Of a DNA stretch of 64,000 nucleotides, positions 31,129-41,353 are shown one piece after another. The stretch's first letter is position 1. Every line of letters starts with the position of its first letter. The position numbers and the translations under genes are program-made. A model generated the notes under the pieces. The model made no database searches. It saw only the letters and a list, made by a program, of their open reading frames with translations, and was not told where the DNA came from. Source of the stretch: a virus. The stretch is taken from IMG/VR virus record IMGVR_UViG_3300027747_002638. The stretch is one strand, 5' to 3'.

Positions 31129-32670
31129 TTATTTAATATCAAAACCTTCTAAACCAAAAGCGTTACTAAATTTTTCTTTTAGTGTTAGCTCTGTGGCTGT
31201 TGAAGAATTTGGGATTGAAGTTTTCTCTACTTTACTTGTTTCGAGAGCTTCGTCTACAACTTCGGTTGCAGAAAGTGTTGAAGCTTTAATGATTTTACCA
31301 TTTTTGTCTTCTTTAGATTCATCGATACCTTTATCTTTGATATCTTCTTTGTCCATTTTTGCTTTTTTAGCAGCCTTATTTTTTTCTTTCATAAGAACTG
31401 CCATCTTATTTTTATAAGCAGCAAAAGTTTCGTCATTTAAATCTTTGATGTCTGTAGCGAGAATTTGACGATCCTCGTCAGATAGATCAAACTCTTCGTC
31501 TAATGATGCCATGCGAATATTAAAAGATTCCTCTTTCTCTTTGGCAAGTTTCTCTTCTTCGAGTTTTGCTAGAGAAGCCTTGAGTTTTTCAAGTTCTTCT
31601 TTTACTTTTTCGCTTTCAACTGAAAGTGATTCGTATTTTTCTTGGGCGGCTTTAATAGCGTTATCTTTTTCACTCTTTTCGGCTACAAAAGCTTCAGAAG
31701 CTTTTTTGAGCTCATCTTGAATGAAATCGGTTATGCTAGAAGCAGTTGCTTGCTTCAAAAGCTCGTCTGTTATTTGGTTGATATTTTCTATTTTCATAAT
31801 TATTCTATTTATAACTCCTTCTTCTTTTACATTATTTTCTTCGTTTTGTGAAATGTTATTTTCACTAGTTTGAATTGCTGACTCAGATTCTTGATCATTT
31901 TGAGATAATTCTACTTGTATAGAATCATCTTTTACAGCTACTCCTTCAACATCTGCGGCTGGATTATATGTTAAACCTACGCCTAATGGAATAACATTTC
32001 CTATTACCTGGCGATAAACATTAACGCTATTATTAATTTTACCATTTCCACCTAAAGATTTTAAGTTTTTACTTAATTTTTGAACCTCTTTATCATCTGT
32101 TACTATTTCTGCATCTTCTAAAGATTTAGAGTCATTTTTAAGAAGGGCGAGATTATAATCATTAAATCCTAATTCCCAGCTTGCACTTACTTTCATATAA
32201 TTTTCACTAGAAGGATCATTGCTTTCTTCTATTAAATTTGATAATTGAGGATTAATAACTTTCCAAATTACTCCACCTAAAGTAATATAAAATGGACCAT
32301 TTAAATCTTTTACTTCTGATTCATTAATAAGTTCATTTGTGCCAAATTTGCTAAAACTAGCTGTTAATATGCATCCTATTACTTTACTACGATCATGTTC
32401 AATATTAATTGGTTTATTAATGAAATTTTGTGCAATTTCTGATGCAGTAGCAGAGTCTATAACGTCGCCGTTTTTATTTATTCTATTTACAACACATGCA
32501 TCAAATGCTATTGGAAGAAGGTCTATATTCTTATCTGTATCAATATCTGGTACAAATTTTTTAAGATTAGATAAAGAGGCTAAAGCTAGATATTTATCTT
32601 TTTCTTCACTAACTAATGGTTTAATTTGCAAATTAGCAAATATTGTTGAATTTTTAAATTTATTTTTCAT
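31129..32670 (-). CDS. Prohead protease fused to coiled-coil scaffold
   Basis: N.NGD…KPINIEH, SWEL, G.GLT.NPA protease motifs; E/K-rich coiled-coil C-terminus. Confidence 0.8.
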   Translation of the reverse strand: MKNKFKNSTIFANLQIKPLVSEEKDKYLALASLSNLKKFVPDIDTDKNIDLLPIAFDACVVNRINKNGDVIDSATASEIAQNFINKPINIEHDRSKVIGCILTASFSKFGTNELINESEVKDLNGPFYITLGGVIWKVINPQLSNLIEESNDPSSENYMKVSASWELGFNDYNLALLKNDSKSLEDAEIVTDDKEVQKLSKNLKSLGGNGKINNSVNVYRQVIGNVIPLGVGLTYNPAADVEGVAVKDDSIQVELSQNDQESESAIQTSENNISQNEENNVKEEGVINRIIMKIENINQITDELLKQATASSITDFIQDELKKASEAFVAEKSEKDNAIKAAQEKYESLSVESEKVKEELEKLKASLAKLEEEKLAKEKEESFNIRMASLDEEFDLSDEDRQILATDIKDLNDETFAAYKNKMAVLMKEKNKAAKKAKMDKEDIKDKGIDESKEDKNGKIIKASTLSATEVVDEALETSKVEKTSIPNSSTATELTLKEKFSNAFGLEGFDIK

Positions 32671-32673
32671 ATA

Positions 32674-33180
32674 TTAAATGTCTAATCTATATGTTACACT
32701 ATCTTCTTCATCTTCTAGATAAAGATCATCTGCATTTTTAAAATCAAAATCATTGAGCCCAAAAGTTTTAATATCTTCTTGCGCTTTAACGATGTCTTGC
32801 TCTTTTGGGTTAAAGCTAGCAGATATAATATAATTATTATTGATTGCTTTTGATAAATTGTTATTTGATCCAATAAAAGATGAAATATCATTTACCATTC
32901 TTAAAAACATATTTACTCTTGCTAAAGCGAATTCATTAAAGTTCCCTTCGAGGGGTTCTGAATTTCTATAAACTTTTTTAAGTTGAGAAAAGGTAACTTT
33001 TTTTGAATTATTAGAATTATGATCTTTGCATTTAGCTTTAAGAATTTCTAGTATTTTCTTAGAAAATTCTATAGCTTTATCGTTTTTAATTAATTCAGTA
33101 TTATGATTTTTAGATCCTTTGAAATTTGGCTTGTAATTTTGTACTAATTCAAAGCCCAAATTATCTGAATTATAATTCAT
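32674..33180 (-). CDS. Hypothetical head-associated protein
   Basis: LKKVY…ALARVNMFL motif; adjacent to the protease gene. Confidence 0.55.
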   Translation of the reverse strand: MNYNSDNLGFELVQNYKPNFKGSKNHNTELIKNDKAIEFSKKILEILKAKCKDHNSNNSKKVTFSQLKKVYRNSEPLEGNFNEFALARVNMFLRMVNDISSFIGSNNNLSKAINNNYIISASFNPKEQDIVKAQEDIKTFGLNDFDFKNADDLYLEDEEDSVTYRLDI

Positions 33181-33280
33181 AAATATATATACACTTATAA
33201 CGTATTAAAATTAATTAAATATATAATATTTTTGCTTGTCATGTTGAATTATATTATTATAATGAAATTAAAATATATAT

Positions 33281-33430
33281 CTATTTTTTATATAATTCTT
33301 TTGTTACATCATCCGCAGAACCCATTGTTGGAGTTTCTGGATATTTAGTAGGCAATTCTCTACTATCTAAATTTGGTTCAGAACAAGATATTAATAAAAA
33401 TAGCGGCAATATTAATAATAGTTTTTTCAT
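33281..33430 (-). CDS. Small lipoprotein (49 aa), possible o-spanin; not in the ORF track
   Basis: MKKLLLILPLFLLISC lipobox; GTGTAA 8 nt upstream; directly downstream of the endolysin. Confidence 0.6.
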   Translation of the reverse strand: MKKLLLILPLFLLISCSEPNLDSRELPTKYPETPTMGSADDVTKELYKK

Positions 33431-33438
33431 AATAACTA

Positions 33439-34065
33439 TTACACTTTTAAGGATTCTTCAATTAATTTGGCTTCAGCATCTCGTCTACGACTCATACCTT
33501 TTTCTATGCTGCCACCAATCCATATTCTTTTCATATTTCTTATTTGATTGGCTATAAAGGTAAGTGCTTTTTGATCATAAACTGATACTAATTTCATGCC
33601 ATCTCTTATTAATTTCATTTCACGGCGACGATCACCTTCAAGAGCATTTCCTCTATTAAATACAAGACTAACCAACCCGCCTTTTGCATCTTCTGGAAGA
33701 TTATCAAAATTAGGAAAAGTTTGTTGTGTTAAATTATAGAACTTAGTTACTGTTTTATTATTAAAAACTTGCAATGATAATTCCCAAGGAATAGTTATAT
33801 CTTTTAATCCTCTTATAAGATTCTTAGCGTTGTATCCTTTGATACCAACAACTTTGTATAATCTATCAAAAATTTCTTTAGGAAGATCTTTCCAGTCTTC
33901 GCTAAATTCTGCTTTGTTTACATAACCTAAATCATAACCAACACCAATTGTGACTCCACTTTGTTCTCCTGGCCATGCTGGGTTTTTTAAAAATTTATTA
34001 TAATAGTTTTCGCCACCACCAACTTCAAATTCAAGAATAAGATCTAAGGATTTTTTGCTTAACAT
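33439..34065 (-). CDS. Endolysin, pesticin C-terminal-like muramidase
   Basis: FEVGG…WPG..SGVTIG.GYDLG, LVSLVFNRG, RRR.AEA.L. Confidence 0.85.
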   Translation of the reverse strand: MLSKKSLDLILEFEVGGGENYYNKFLKNPAWPGEQSGVTIGVGYDLGYVNKAEFSEDWKDLPKEIFDRLYKVVGIKGYNAKNLIRGLKDITIPWELSLQVFNNKTVTKFYNLTQQTFPNFDNLPEDAKGGLVSLVFNRGNALEGDRRREMKLIRDGMKLVSVYDQKALTFIANQIRNMKRIWIGGSIEKGMSRRRDAEAKLIEESLKV

Positions 34066-34068
34066 ATT

Positions 34069-35568
34069 TTAATATATATTGTATTTAGCATTCAAATATG
34101 CCTCAACTTGCTGGCGTTCTGATATTGTTAATGCTCTATTGTAAAATATAACTTCAGCAAGATCGCCCTTAAATCCTCCGTATTCTGCTGACCATGGAGT
34201 TGAATCGCTACCACCATTTCCGATTCCAATTGCTATGTTTAATTGATTTATAGCACTAACAGAAGCAGATTCAGATGCTAAAGATCCGTTGACAAAATAC
34301 TTTTGTGAATTGTTTGTTATGCTTTGTATGCCACATACAATAGACCAACTTGTACTTGCTGGTTCTTGATATAAAAAACTCCAGTTGTAATCACTCCCCA
34401 TAACTCCAAATGCAGATGTTGTTGGGTCTGATGAGATAAATCTTGGTGATATTGCAAATTGGCTTCCTTCCGCAGTTGCTAAGTCTCCTTTTGATATAAG
34501 TTCCGCCCAAGTATTGTTTGTATTGTCGTATTTGTGAACTGTAAAAATTGTAAATTCTCCATTATTACCAAATGTTGTTGGGGCTGTTCTTAAAATTGTA
34601 GGATTATTACTATTTCCAAAACGCAAAATTGGTTTACCATTTTTAACATTTGATACAAGAGTTGGATTTATGCCATTGGTTACATTCCCATTTGCGCTAA
34701 ATCCACTCTCACTCTGATCTGCCCAAGCTGTTACATCTGAACCAGAAAGCGTAACGCCAGCATCAGCCTTGAGCCAAAGACTTAACCCTTGTAAGGCGTT
34801 TGGTGCAAATGGTTTTTTATATAATGATATTTTTCCACCACCAAGATTTTGTTTTTTAATTGAAATTTTAGTATTTAAAAACTTTCCAGCTCCACTATTG
34901 TAAAGAGTAGTTATTTCCTCTTGAGTTAATGCTCTATCCCATACTCCTACTTCATCTATTTTTCCATCTAAAGCAAGAGGATTAAATTCATTATCATTAT
35001 AATTTATATCTGTATAATATCTACCAAAAAGAAATCTATCTATATCTGGAGCTAAAATTGATCCAGAGTATTCAGATGAACCAACAGATGTTCCATTAAC
35101 GTATAATATGCCGATACTTCCATCAAAAGTTAAAACCAAATGATACCAAACATCTGTATCTGGGATAATGCCACTATCAATTCCATTTGTCCAATATCCA
35201 TTTTCTGTAGTAAACCAAGATGTTATTTGGTTATTGGTTTCAATTATAAATGGATATGTTGATTGATAATCTTCTGTTCCACCTTGACCCCAAATAATCT
35301 GATACCCAATATCATTTGAATTAAAATATACCCAACAAGAATAAGTTCTTTTTCCAGAAAGTGGAGCAAGACCAGATGGAGTAATTAAATAATCATTACC
35401 AGAAAATCCGCTTGCAGAATTTCCTATCAATCCAGCAGGATTTGAAAGTGAGCCAACAAGTGTAAGATTTCTTCCGTTGCTACTTGAATCAGTCCAGCTG
35501 ATATCATCTAATTTCCAATATGCTAAAATTCCAGCAAATAACGAAGATGATGTGGATAAATAACCCAT
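34069..35568 (-). CDS. Two-domain LamG/ConA-like protein
   Basis: AYWKLD…GKIDEVGVWDRALT and LSLWLKAD…GDLAEVIFYNRAL..ERQQVEAYL. Confidence 0.8.
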   Translation of the reverse strand: MGYLSTSSSLFAGILAYWKLDDISWTDSSSNGRNLTLVGSLSNPAGLIGNSASGFSGNDYLITPSGLAPLSGKRTYSCWVYFNSNDIGYQIIWGQGGTEDYQSTYPFIIETNNQITSWFTTENGYWTNGIDSGIIPDTDVWYHLVLTFDGSIGILYVNGTSVGSSEYSGSILAPDIDRFLFGRYYTDINYNDNEFNPLALDGKIDEVGVWDRALTQEEITTLYNSGAGKFLNTKISIKKQNLGGGKISLYKKPFAPNALQGLSLWLKADAGVTLSGSDVTAWADQSESGFSANGNVTNGINPTLVSNVKNGKPILRFGNSNNPTILRTAPTTFGNNGEFTIFTVHKYDNTNNTWAELISKGDLATAEGSQFAISPRFISSDPTTSAFGVMGSDYNWSFLYQEPASTSWSIVCGIQSITNNSQKYFVNGSLASESASVSAINQLNIAIGIGNGGSDSTPWSAEYGGFKGDLAEVIFYNRALTISERQQVEAYLNAKYNIY

Positions 35569-35572
35569 TTTT

Positions 35573-35989
35573 TTAATTATTTATTTTATCTATGGTCTTG
35601 TCTATGATATTATCTGCTGGGACTTTTTCTTTTAACCAACTATTAAGAACTCCAAAATAAACAAGATGTTCACTATTAATTAAAAATAATTCATTACCAA
35701 AACTATCCTTATAAGGTTTAATTCCAGAATCTTCAACTAGATCAATTGCTTTTTCTTTTTTGAATTTGATTCTATACATTTTAATTAAATTATTATAACG
35801 TTCACGCGCTTGACAAGTAATAAGAGCATCATCACCAATAAAAGAAATTAATCCGCCGTTATCTTTTTGATATTGCTTTGGGGTGCTTGCATCGTATGAA
35901 GATTTGTCATCTTCTATTTTATTTGGTGTCACAGTAGCGCAACCAATTAGAAAAAAATTAAGAGCTAATACGCTTGCGAACTTCTTCAA
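35573..35989 (-). CDS. Lipoprotein, o-spanin-like
   Basis: MKKFASVLALNFFLIGC lipobox; overlaps the upstream gene. Confidence 0.55.
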   Translation of the reverse strand: MKKFASVLALNFFLIGCATVTPNKIEDDKSSYDASTPKQYQKDNGGLISFIGDDALITCQARERYNNLIKMYRIKFKKEKAIDLVEDSGIKPYKDSFGNELFLINSEHLVYFGVLNSWLKEKVPADNIIDKTIDKINN

Positions 35990-36158
35990 GATTTTTCTCC
36001 TGCACTTCTTTTTCTATTTCACTTTGATAGTGGACTTCTTTTTGAGCTTCTTGACGCTCTTTCATTTCTTTTGTATTCTTTGCGCCGAATACGTTATTAA
36101 TTGCTGAGAATATTCCAGATACTGCTGATAGTAAAGCTTGGAGTATTCCAGTTGGCAT
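35958..36158 (-). CDS. i-spanin-like small membrane protein
   Basis: N-terminal hydrophobic helix plus charged coiled coil; overlaps the lipoprotein gene. Confidence 0.45.
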   Translation of the reverse strand: MPTGILQALLSAVSGIFSAINNVFGAKNTKEMKERQEAQKEVHYQSEIEKEVQEKNLEEVRKRISS

Positions 36159-36160
36159 GA

Positions 36161-36610
36161 TTACTCTACGTAACTTGCTGTAGCATCTTTACATCCAGAT
36201 GCAATAGCGTTAAGTACCTTAATAGCCAATGCAGTATTTCCATCAATTCTAGCAAATTGTTGAGCGTAGATATCTTTAATAACACTAACGTAATTTACCC
36301 AATGAGTTTTTTCTTGTGGAAGATAATCATTAAGAGCTTTTTGTAATTCTAGTGGAGTTGGTGCTATTCCAGCTGTTAGCCCTTCAACAATCGCTGCTAC
36401 ATGATTAATCATTTTGGCTTTTTCAACTCTATCATCACCAGAAACCGCTTGATCAAGGACAACCGTACAAGCTAATACAACTGCTGGTTTAACATAAGGA
36501 AGAGCGTTGGTAACACTTGTTGCTGCATCAACTTGACCAGTTGGAGTTGTAGCACAAGCACCAAGAAATACGCTCAAAAGAGCAACTGCAATTAAATTTA
36601 ATTTATTCAT
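36161..36610 (-). CDS. Lipoprotein
   Basis: MNKLNLIAVALLSVFLGAC lipobox. Confidence 0.65.
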   Translation of the reverse strand: MNKLNLIAVALLSVFLGACATTPTGQVDAATSVTNALPYVKPAVVLACTVVLDQAVSGDDRVEKAKMINHVAAIVEGLTAGIAPTPLELQKALNDYLPQEKTHWVNYVSVIKDIYAQQFARIDGNTALAIKVLNAIASGCKDATASYVE

Positions 36611-36888
36611 ATGTTTTCTCCAGTTCTTTTTTCTGCTTCGTTTGTTTGAGCTACTGTTCCACCAGTAACTGCTGCATCTTTTACTGTTAATGCAAAAACT
36701 ATACCACTAACAACTGCTACTAATTTTGAAATTCCAAGAATATAAACTTCTGCATTATCTGGAAGAAAAGCTACTAATGAAGGATCCGAATGAATTGCTA
36801 TTGCTGTACAAACTGCTACAACTGTGGCTATTCCAGATGAGCTAGATCTCCAATTAGGGCCAAATATTTTAGATAACATAGTTTTCAT
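36607..36888 (-). CDS. Putative holin
   Basis: 93 aa, two TM segments, NW.SS..G motif, KD after TM2; first gene of the lysis cluster. Confidence 0.6.
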   Translation of the reverse strand: MKTMLSKIFGPNWRSSSSGIATVVAVCTAIAIHSDPSLVAFLPDNAEVYILGISKLVAVVSGIVFALTVKDAAVTGGTVAQTNEAEKRTGENI

Positions 36889-36920
36889 AATATATTACAC
36901 TATATTATATGTATTAAAAA

Positions 36921-38126
36921 TTAAAATATCAATACTTTCTTTCTATTATTCAAAACACCATATAACACATTTCCACTAGCGAATATTCCTCTATTTCCAA
37001 AAGTTGGATCCAGTTCAAAATTAAAATTTAATGATGCTGTTTTATTCTTACCTATAGAAGAGTCATAACTAATATTATCAAATTTACAACCACTAAAAAT
37101 TAATTTTGTTGGGTAAACGCCAGATTTGTTTGTATTAAAATCAACAACAACATTATAATCATCATCGCGATTTAAAGTGTCAAAAAATGAACCACTTAGA
37201 TTTTCTTCTACAATAAAGCTTGTGCTTAATTTTCCATTGACTGGAAATGATAATTTTCTTCCTAATGGAAATTTATAATTTAATGATCTTAAAGCATTTC
37301 TTTGAAAAGCTAATGAATATTCTAAACTTTGAATTGTATCTGTGTAAAATAAAACTCCAGTAGTATTATTTGTATAAAAAGTAACACTAGCATCTCCTGG
37401 TAGGAGAATATTTTGTCCACTTATTCCAGTTTGATAATAATTTAAAGCTTGCGGAATTATTATTTGATCAGTTTGAGGTTGATTTATTCCAGATTTTAAA
37501 TCTAGTGTTGTATAACGTATTCCACTGCCACTTATATAAAAATTAATATTATCAGAAACATAAGATTGAGTTACTATTGGTATTGAGTCAACCGATACCC
37601 TAAAATTATAATCTGTTAAGTAGCAATTTTGAAAATTTAAAACTGCATAATTATTTGAATTTGGATCAATAACATCATTAACCGTAGTTGGATTTATATC
37701 TAGATTTGTTAAAGTATAGTTACCATATAAATCATTTTCATTTTTATTTATCACAAGATAAAAATCTTTTTCGTCTGTAATTGAGTTATCTTGGCATAAT
37801 CCAGAAAACATTGGGGCATTAAATCCAGAAAAATGATTAACGTTAAAATTTAATCTATTTTCATTTGTAACTCCATCTGGAATATACGAAAAACTAAAAT
37901 TTACAGTTGGAGAATTTAAATCATTTCTAAATATACTTTTATTAACACCAAAACCTATAAGACCTATTCGAGATTGATCGATTGAATAATTGAAATTTTG
38001 TATTTTTTCTAATCTTTTGAGTATTTGATAACCATTTAAATAATAATCCGTAGATGCATTTTGTTCTCCAGAATAAGGAGCAAAATATAGTCCTTGTGTA
38101 TTATATATTATTCTATTCCTTGGCAT
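36921..38126 (-). CDS. Second tail-tube-like paralogue
   Basis: MPRNRIIY vs MARNRIIY; SSIGKNKTASLNF vs SSDIGSNKSVTLNF in 961..2076. Confidence 0.7.
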   Translation of the reverse strand: MPRNRIIYNTQGLYFAPYSGEQNASTDYYLNGYQILKRLEKIQNFNYSIDQSRIGLIGFGVNKSIFRNDLNSPTVNFSFSYIPDGVTNENRLNFNVNHFSGFNAPMFSGLCQDNSITDEKDFYLVINKNENDLYGNYTLTNLDINPTTVNDVIDPNSNNYAVLNFQNCYLTDYNFRVSVDSIPIVTQSYVSDNINFYISGSGIRYTTLDLKSGINQPQTDQIIIPQALNYYQTGISGQNILLPGDASVTFYTNNTTGVLFYTDTIQSLEYSLAFQRNALRSLNYKFPLGRKLSFPVNGKLSTSFIVEENLSGSFFDTLNRDDDYNVVVDFNTNKSGVYPTKLIFSGCKFDNISYDSSIGKNKTASLNFNFELDPTFGNRGIFASGNVLYGVLNNRKKVLIF

Positions 38127-38199
38127 ACCTTTTACCTTAATAAATTTACACTATAAATGAATTTATAGAATAAAAGTAATTTTCTCTGTATAATATATT

Positions 38200-38637
38200 A
38201 TGAAAAAATATTGCATAAATTGTGGTTCTGGAACCGAATTCTCTTCTGTTAAGCCTAAATTTTGTAGTGGGTGTGGGCATAACTTTGATACATCTTTTGC
38301 TGGGGTTAAACCACCAGTTAAGCAGACGATAGAAAGAAAAATAAAACCAAATATATCTTTAGATAATACTATTGAAATTGATAATGATGACGATTTTGAC
38401 CATGATGATGTTAATCATGTCCCTAATATAAATGAATTAAATGTAGATTGTGAAGTTCAAAAATACCAAGGCATTAAATTCAATAAAATGATGGATAGTC
38501 CAATTAATCCATCTTTTGGATCTATTAAAAAAGAAAAAATAAAAGGAAAGAAAGTGTCAAAAAAAGACGCTCAAGAGTTCTTTGATAATTTCTCAAAAGA
38601 AGCTGGAGCAATAAGACCTAAGAATAAAAGAAAATAA
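38200..38637 (+). CDS. Zinc-ribbon protein
   Basis: YCINCG…KPKFCSGCG. Confidence 0.7.
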   Translation: MKKYCINCGSGTEFSSVKPKFCSGCGHNFDTSFAGVKPPVKQTIERKIKPNISLDNTIEIDNDDDFDHDDVNHVPNINELNVDCEVQKYQGIKFNKMMDSPINPSFGSIKKEKIKGKKVSKKDAQEFFDNFSKEAGAIRPKNKRK

Positions 38638-38638
38638 A

Positions 38639-39325
38639 ATGCCAGCAAAGAAATCTAATTTTGAGTCAAAAATCGATGAGATTAATGCTGAGATTTTTAA
38701 AAGAAAACATAAATGGAGTTTGACTTCTTTATCGTGGCTTGACTTTAGTGATGTAGCTCAAATATTAAGAATACATATATATAAAAAGTGGCACTTATAC
38801 GATCAAGATAAAAAGCTTGCTCCTTGGGTAAATAGAATAATCAGTAATCAAATTAAAAATTTAATAAGAAATAATTATGGTAATTTTTCTAGACCTTGCT
38901 TGAAGTGTTCTGCTGCAGAGGGCGAAGATCTATGTAACATATATGGCAAACAATGTAATAACTGTCCACTTTACGCAAGATGGACAAAAAGTAAAAAAAA
39001 TGCATATGATACAAAGCTACCTGTTAGTCTTGAAAATCATACTCAAGAAGTTCATGATATGGTATATGATTCTATAGATATAGAAAAGAACGCAGAAGTT
39101 ATACATAAGAAAATGTTGAATACATTAAAACCTCTAGAAGCAAAATTTTATAAATTAGTTTACATTGAACATAAATCTGAAGAAGATGCTGCTAAACATA
39201 TGGGTTACAAAACTTCAGAAAAAAATAGAAAAATTGGATACAAGCAAGTTAAGAACTTAAAGAAATCCATAATGATAAAAGTTAAAAAACTTATATATAA
39301 TGGAGATATAGATTTAGATGTATGA
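38639..39325 (+). CDS. Phage RNA polymerase sigma factor (ECF-like) with Cys-rich insert
   Basis: Region-2-like DVAQ…I…YD…PWVNRIISNQIKNLIR; region-4 HTH LKPLE…KSEEDAAKHMG. Confidence 0.7.
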   Translation: MPAKKSNFESKIDEINAEIFKRKHKWSLTSLSWLDFSDVAQILRIHIYKKWHLYDQDKKLAPWVNRIISNQIKNLIRNNYGNFSRPCLKCSAAEGEDLCNIYGKQCNNCPLYARWTKSKKNAYDTKLPVSLENHTQEVHDMVYDSIDIEKNAEVIHKKMLNTLKPLEAKFYKLVYIEHKSEEDAAKHMGYKTSEKNRKIGYKQVKNLKKSIMIKVKKLIYNGDIDLDV

Positions 39326-40413
39326 ATGATGAATTGTCTTTAACTGAAGAGCAGCAATTAAAACTACTCGAAGAGTGGAATCGTAGACCAGATAATCCAC
39401 CAGCTTTAACTGAGTTAGTTAAATTAGCTTTTGATCGTGATGATTTAGACGGAAGAAGCAAAGAAGGAAAAGCTGTAAAAAGTTTTCTAGCTTCAAGACA
39501 AATTAAACCAAGGAAAAGTCACGAATACCAAGCTAAAGGTCTTATAGAATTAACAGAAGATCAAAAAGAATACATTAGTAATAATTGTGCAACTATGACT
39601 GGAATTGAAATAGCTAAAATTTTATTTAAAAATGAATCATTAACTAATCTTTCTCAAGAAACAAGAAGTATTCTTGATTATATGAAAACTATACCTAGTA
39701 ATATTAAATATCTTAATGATACAAATGAAAATATTGCTACAGAAACTTATAAAGCTCCACGAAGCGAAGAAAGAATGGTTGTTAAAATCAATAAATATAT
39801 ATTAGATGGAATAGATAAAGAAAAGATTACTCCAAGGCAAAAGAAAGAGGTGAACTCTTTAATTGGTTATATGAATACATATAGATTTACCCATCAAATT
39901 AATCTTTATGATGATGAGAATGATAGGGATCTTTTTGAAAGTAGTTTTGTAAGATATACTTACGATAAAAGTGATTTAACTCAAGAAGAAGTTGATCAAT
40001 ATATTGTTCTTGCAACAGAAGTAGTCATATCTTCAAGTATTCAACAAACAATTACAACTCTTCAAAATCAAATTGATCTTGCAACTCAAGAAGATGGTAA
40101 AATTCCAATGACTTTAGTAGAAGCTAGTAGTACAGCTAGAAAAGAATACAATGATTGTGTAAATCGCCAACAAAAATTATTACAAGATCTTAAAGTCAAA
40201 AGAAGCGAAAGACTTAGCAAACAAGTTAAGGAAAATGCAAGTATTCTAAATCTTGTAGAAATGTGGAAACAAGAAGAGTCTAGACAAAAATTATTAAAAA
40301 TAGCAGAGCTAAGAAAAAATAGTATTAAGAAAGAGATCGAAAGACTTGGAACTATGGATGAAATAAAAGCTAGGATACTTGGAATATCAGAAGATGATAT
40401 TTTAAATGGATAA
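39322..40413 (+). CDS. Hypothetical helical protein, possible terminase small subunit/DNA-binding protein
   Basis: HTH-like MTGIEIAKILF plus coiled-coil C-terminus; upstream of terL. Confidence 0.45.
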   Translation: MNDELSLTEEQQLKLLEEWNRRPDNPPALTELVKLAFDRDDLDGRSKEGKAVKSFLASRQIKPRKSHEYQAKGLIELTEDQKEYISNNCATMTGIEIAKILFKNESLTNLSQETRSILDYMKTIPSNIKYLNDTNENIATETYKAPRSEERMVVKINKYILDGIDKEKITPRQKKEVNSLIGYMNTYRFTHQINLYDDENDRDLFESSFVRYTYDKSDLTQEEVDQYIVLATEVVISSSIQQTITTLQNQIDLATQEDGKIPMTLVEASSTARKEYNDCVNRQQKLLQDLKVKRSERLSKQVKENASILNLVEMWKQEESRQKLLKIAELRKNSIKKEIERLGTMDEIKARILGISEDDILNG

Positions 40414-41353
40414 ATTTATGTCAGTTATATGTAAAGTAGATGGAAAAGAATTTGCAAGTGATAAAGCTTTACATATGTCACTTAAAGGTTATGGTTTGAA
40501 TAAAGTTAAATATTATCAAACATATTTTGAACGAAGAGATCTTCTAACTAACGAGCTTATTAATTTCAAAACTAAAGAGCAATATTTGAATAGTGATTTC
40601 AATGATAAAAATAATATGAAAAAATGGCTTAAGCAACAATCAGTTGAAAAAGCTCAAGAATATTGCAAGCAATTATTATCCAAAAGAAAACATGAGAAAA
40701 ATTTAACTTATAGTCCTTCACAAGTAGAATTAAGAACAATTATGGCCCCGTCGATTGTTTTTTATAATAAAATATTTAATGATTATTATGATGTTTGCTC
40801 AAGTCTCGGCTTAGAGAATAAATTTATTCACCCAAATAACATAACTGATCAATTTAAAAATAAATTAAATAAAAAATCAATTATCTATGTTGATACAAGA
40901 GAACAGAGTTGGTTAAAATTTGATACAAAGTTTGAAATTAAAACATTACCTTTCGGAGATTACTCTTGCAGTAATGATAATTGTAAATGTTTTATAGAAA
41001 GAAAAAGTTTAAGTGATTTTATCAGTACATTAAGCGTTAAAAACTTTGATAGATTTAAAAACGAAATAGATCGAGCAAAGAAAAGTGGAGCATATTTAAT
41101 TGTTGTAGTAGAAGAAAAGTTGGCTAACGCATTAAGCTTTCAGTACCTTCCGCATATTAGTAAAAAAATTAAAGCTACTCCAGAATATATATTTCATAAT
41201 GTTCGAGAGTTACTTCAGAACTATGATAATCTACAATTTCTTTTTGTAGATGGAAGAGGAGAGATGACAAGGGTAATTGAGTCTATTTTTACATCAAATT
41301 GTTTTTATAAACAAGTAGATCTTCAATTAGCTTATGACCTAAAACTATTATGA
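40406..41353 (+). CDS. ERCC4/XPF-family nuclease
   Basis: VDTREQ…GDY…IERKSLSD motif. Confidence 0.8.
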   Translation: MDKFMSVICKVDGKEFASDKALHMSLKGYGLNKVKYYQTYFERRDLLTNELINFKTKEQYLNSDFNDKNNMKKWLKQQSVEKAQEYCKQLLSKRKHEKNLTYSPSQVELRTIMAPSIVFYNKIFNDYYDVCSSLGLENKFIHPNNITDQFKNKLNKKSIIYVDTREQSWLKFDTKFEIKTLPFGDYSCSNDNCKCFIERKSLSDFISTLSVKNFDRFKNEIDRAKKSGAYLIVVVEEKLANALSFQYLPHISKKIKATPEYIFHNVRELLQNYDNLQFLFVDGRGEMTRVIESIFTSNCFYKQVDLQLAYDLKLL

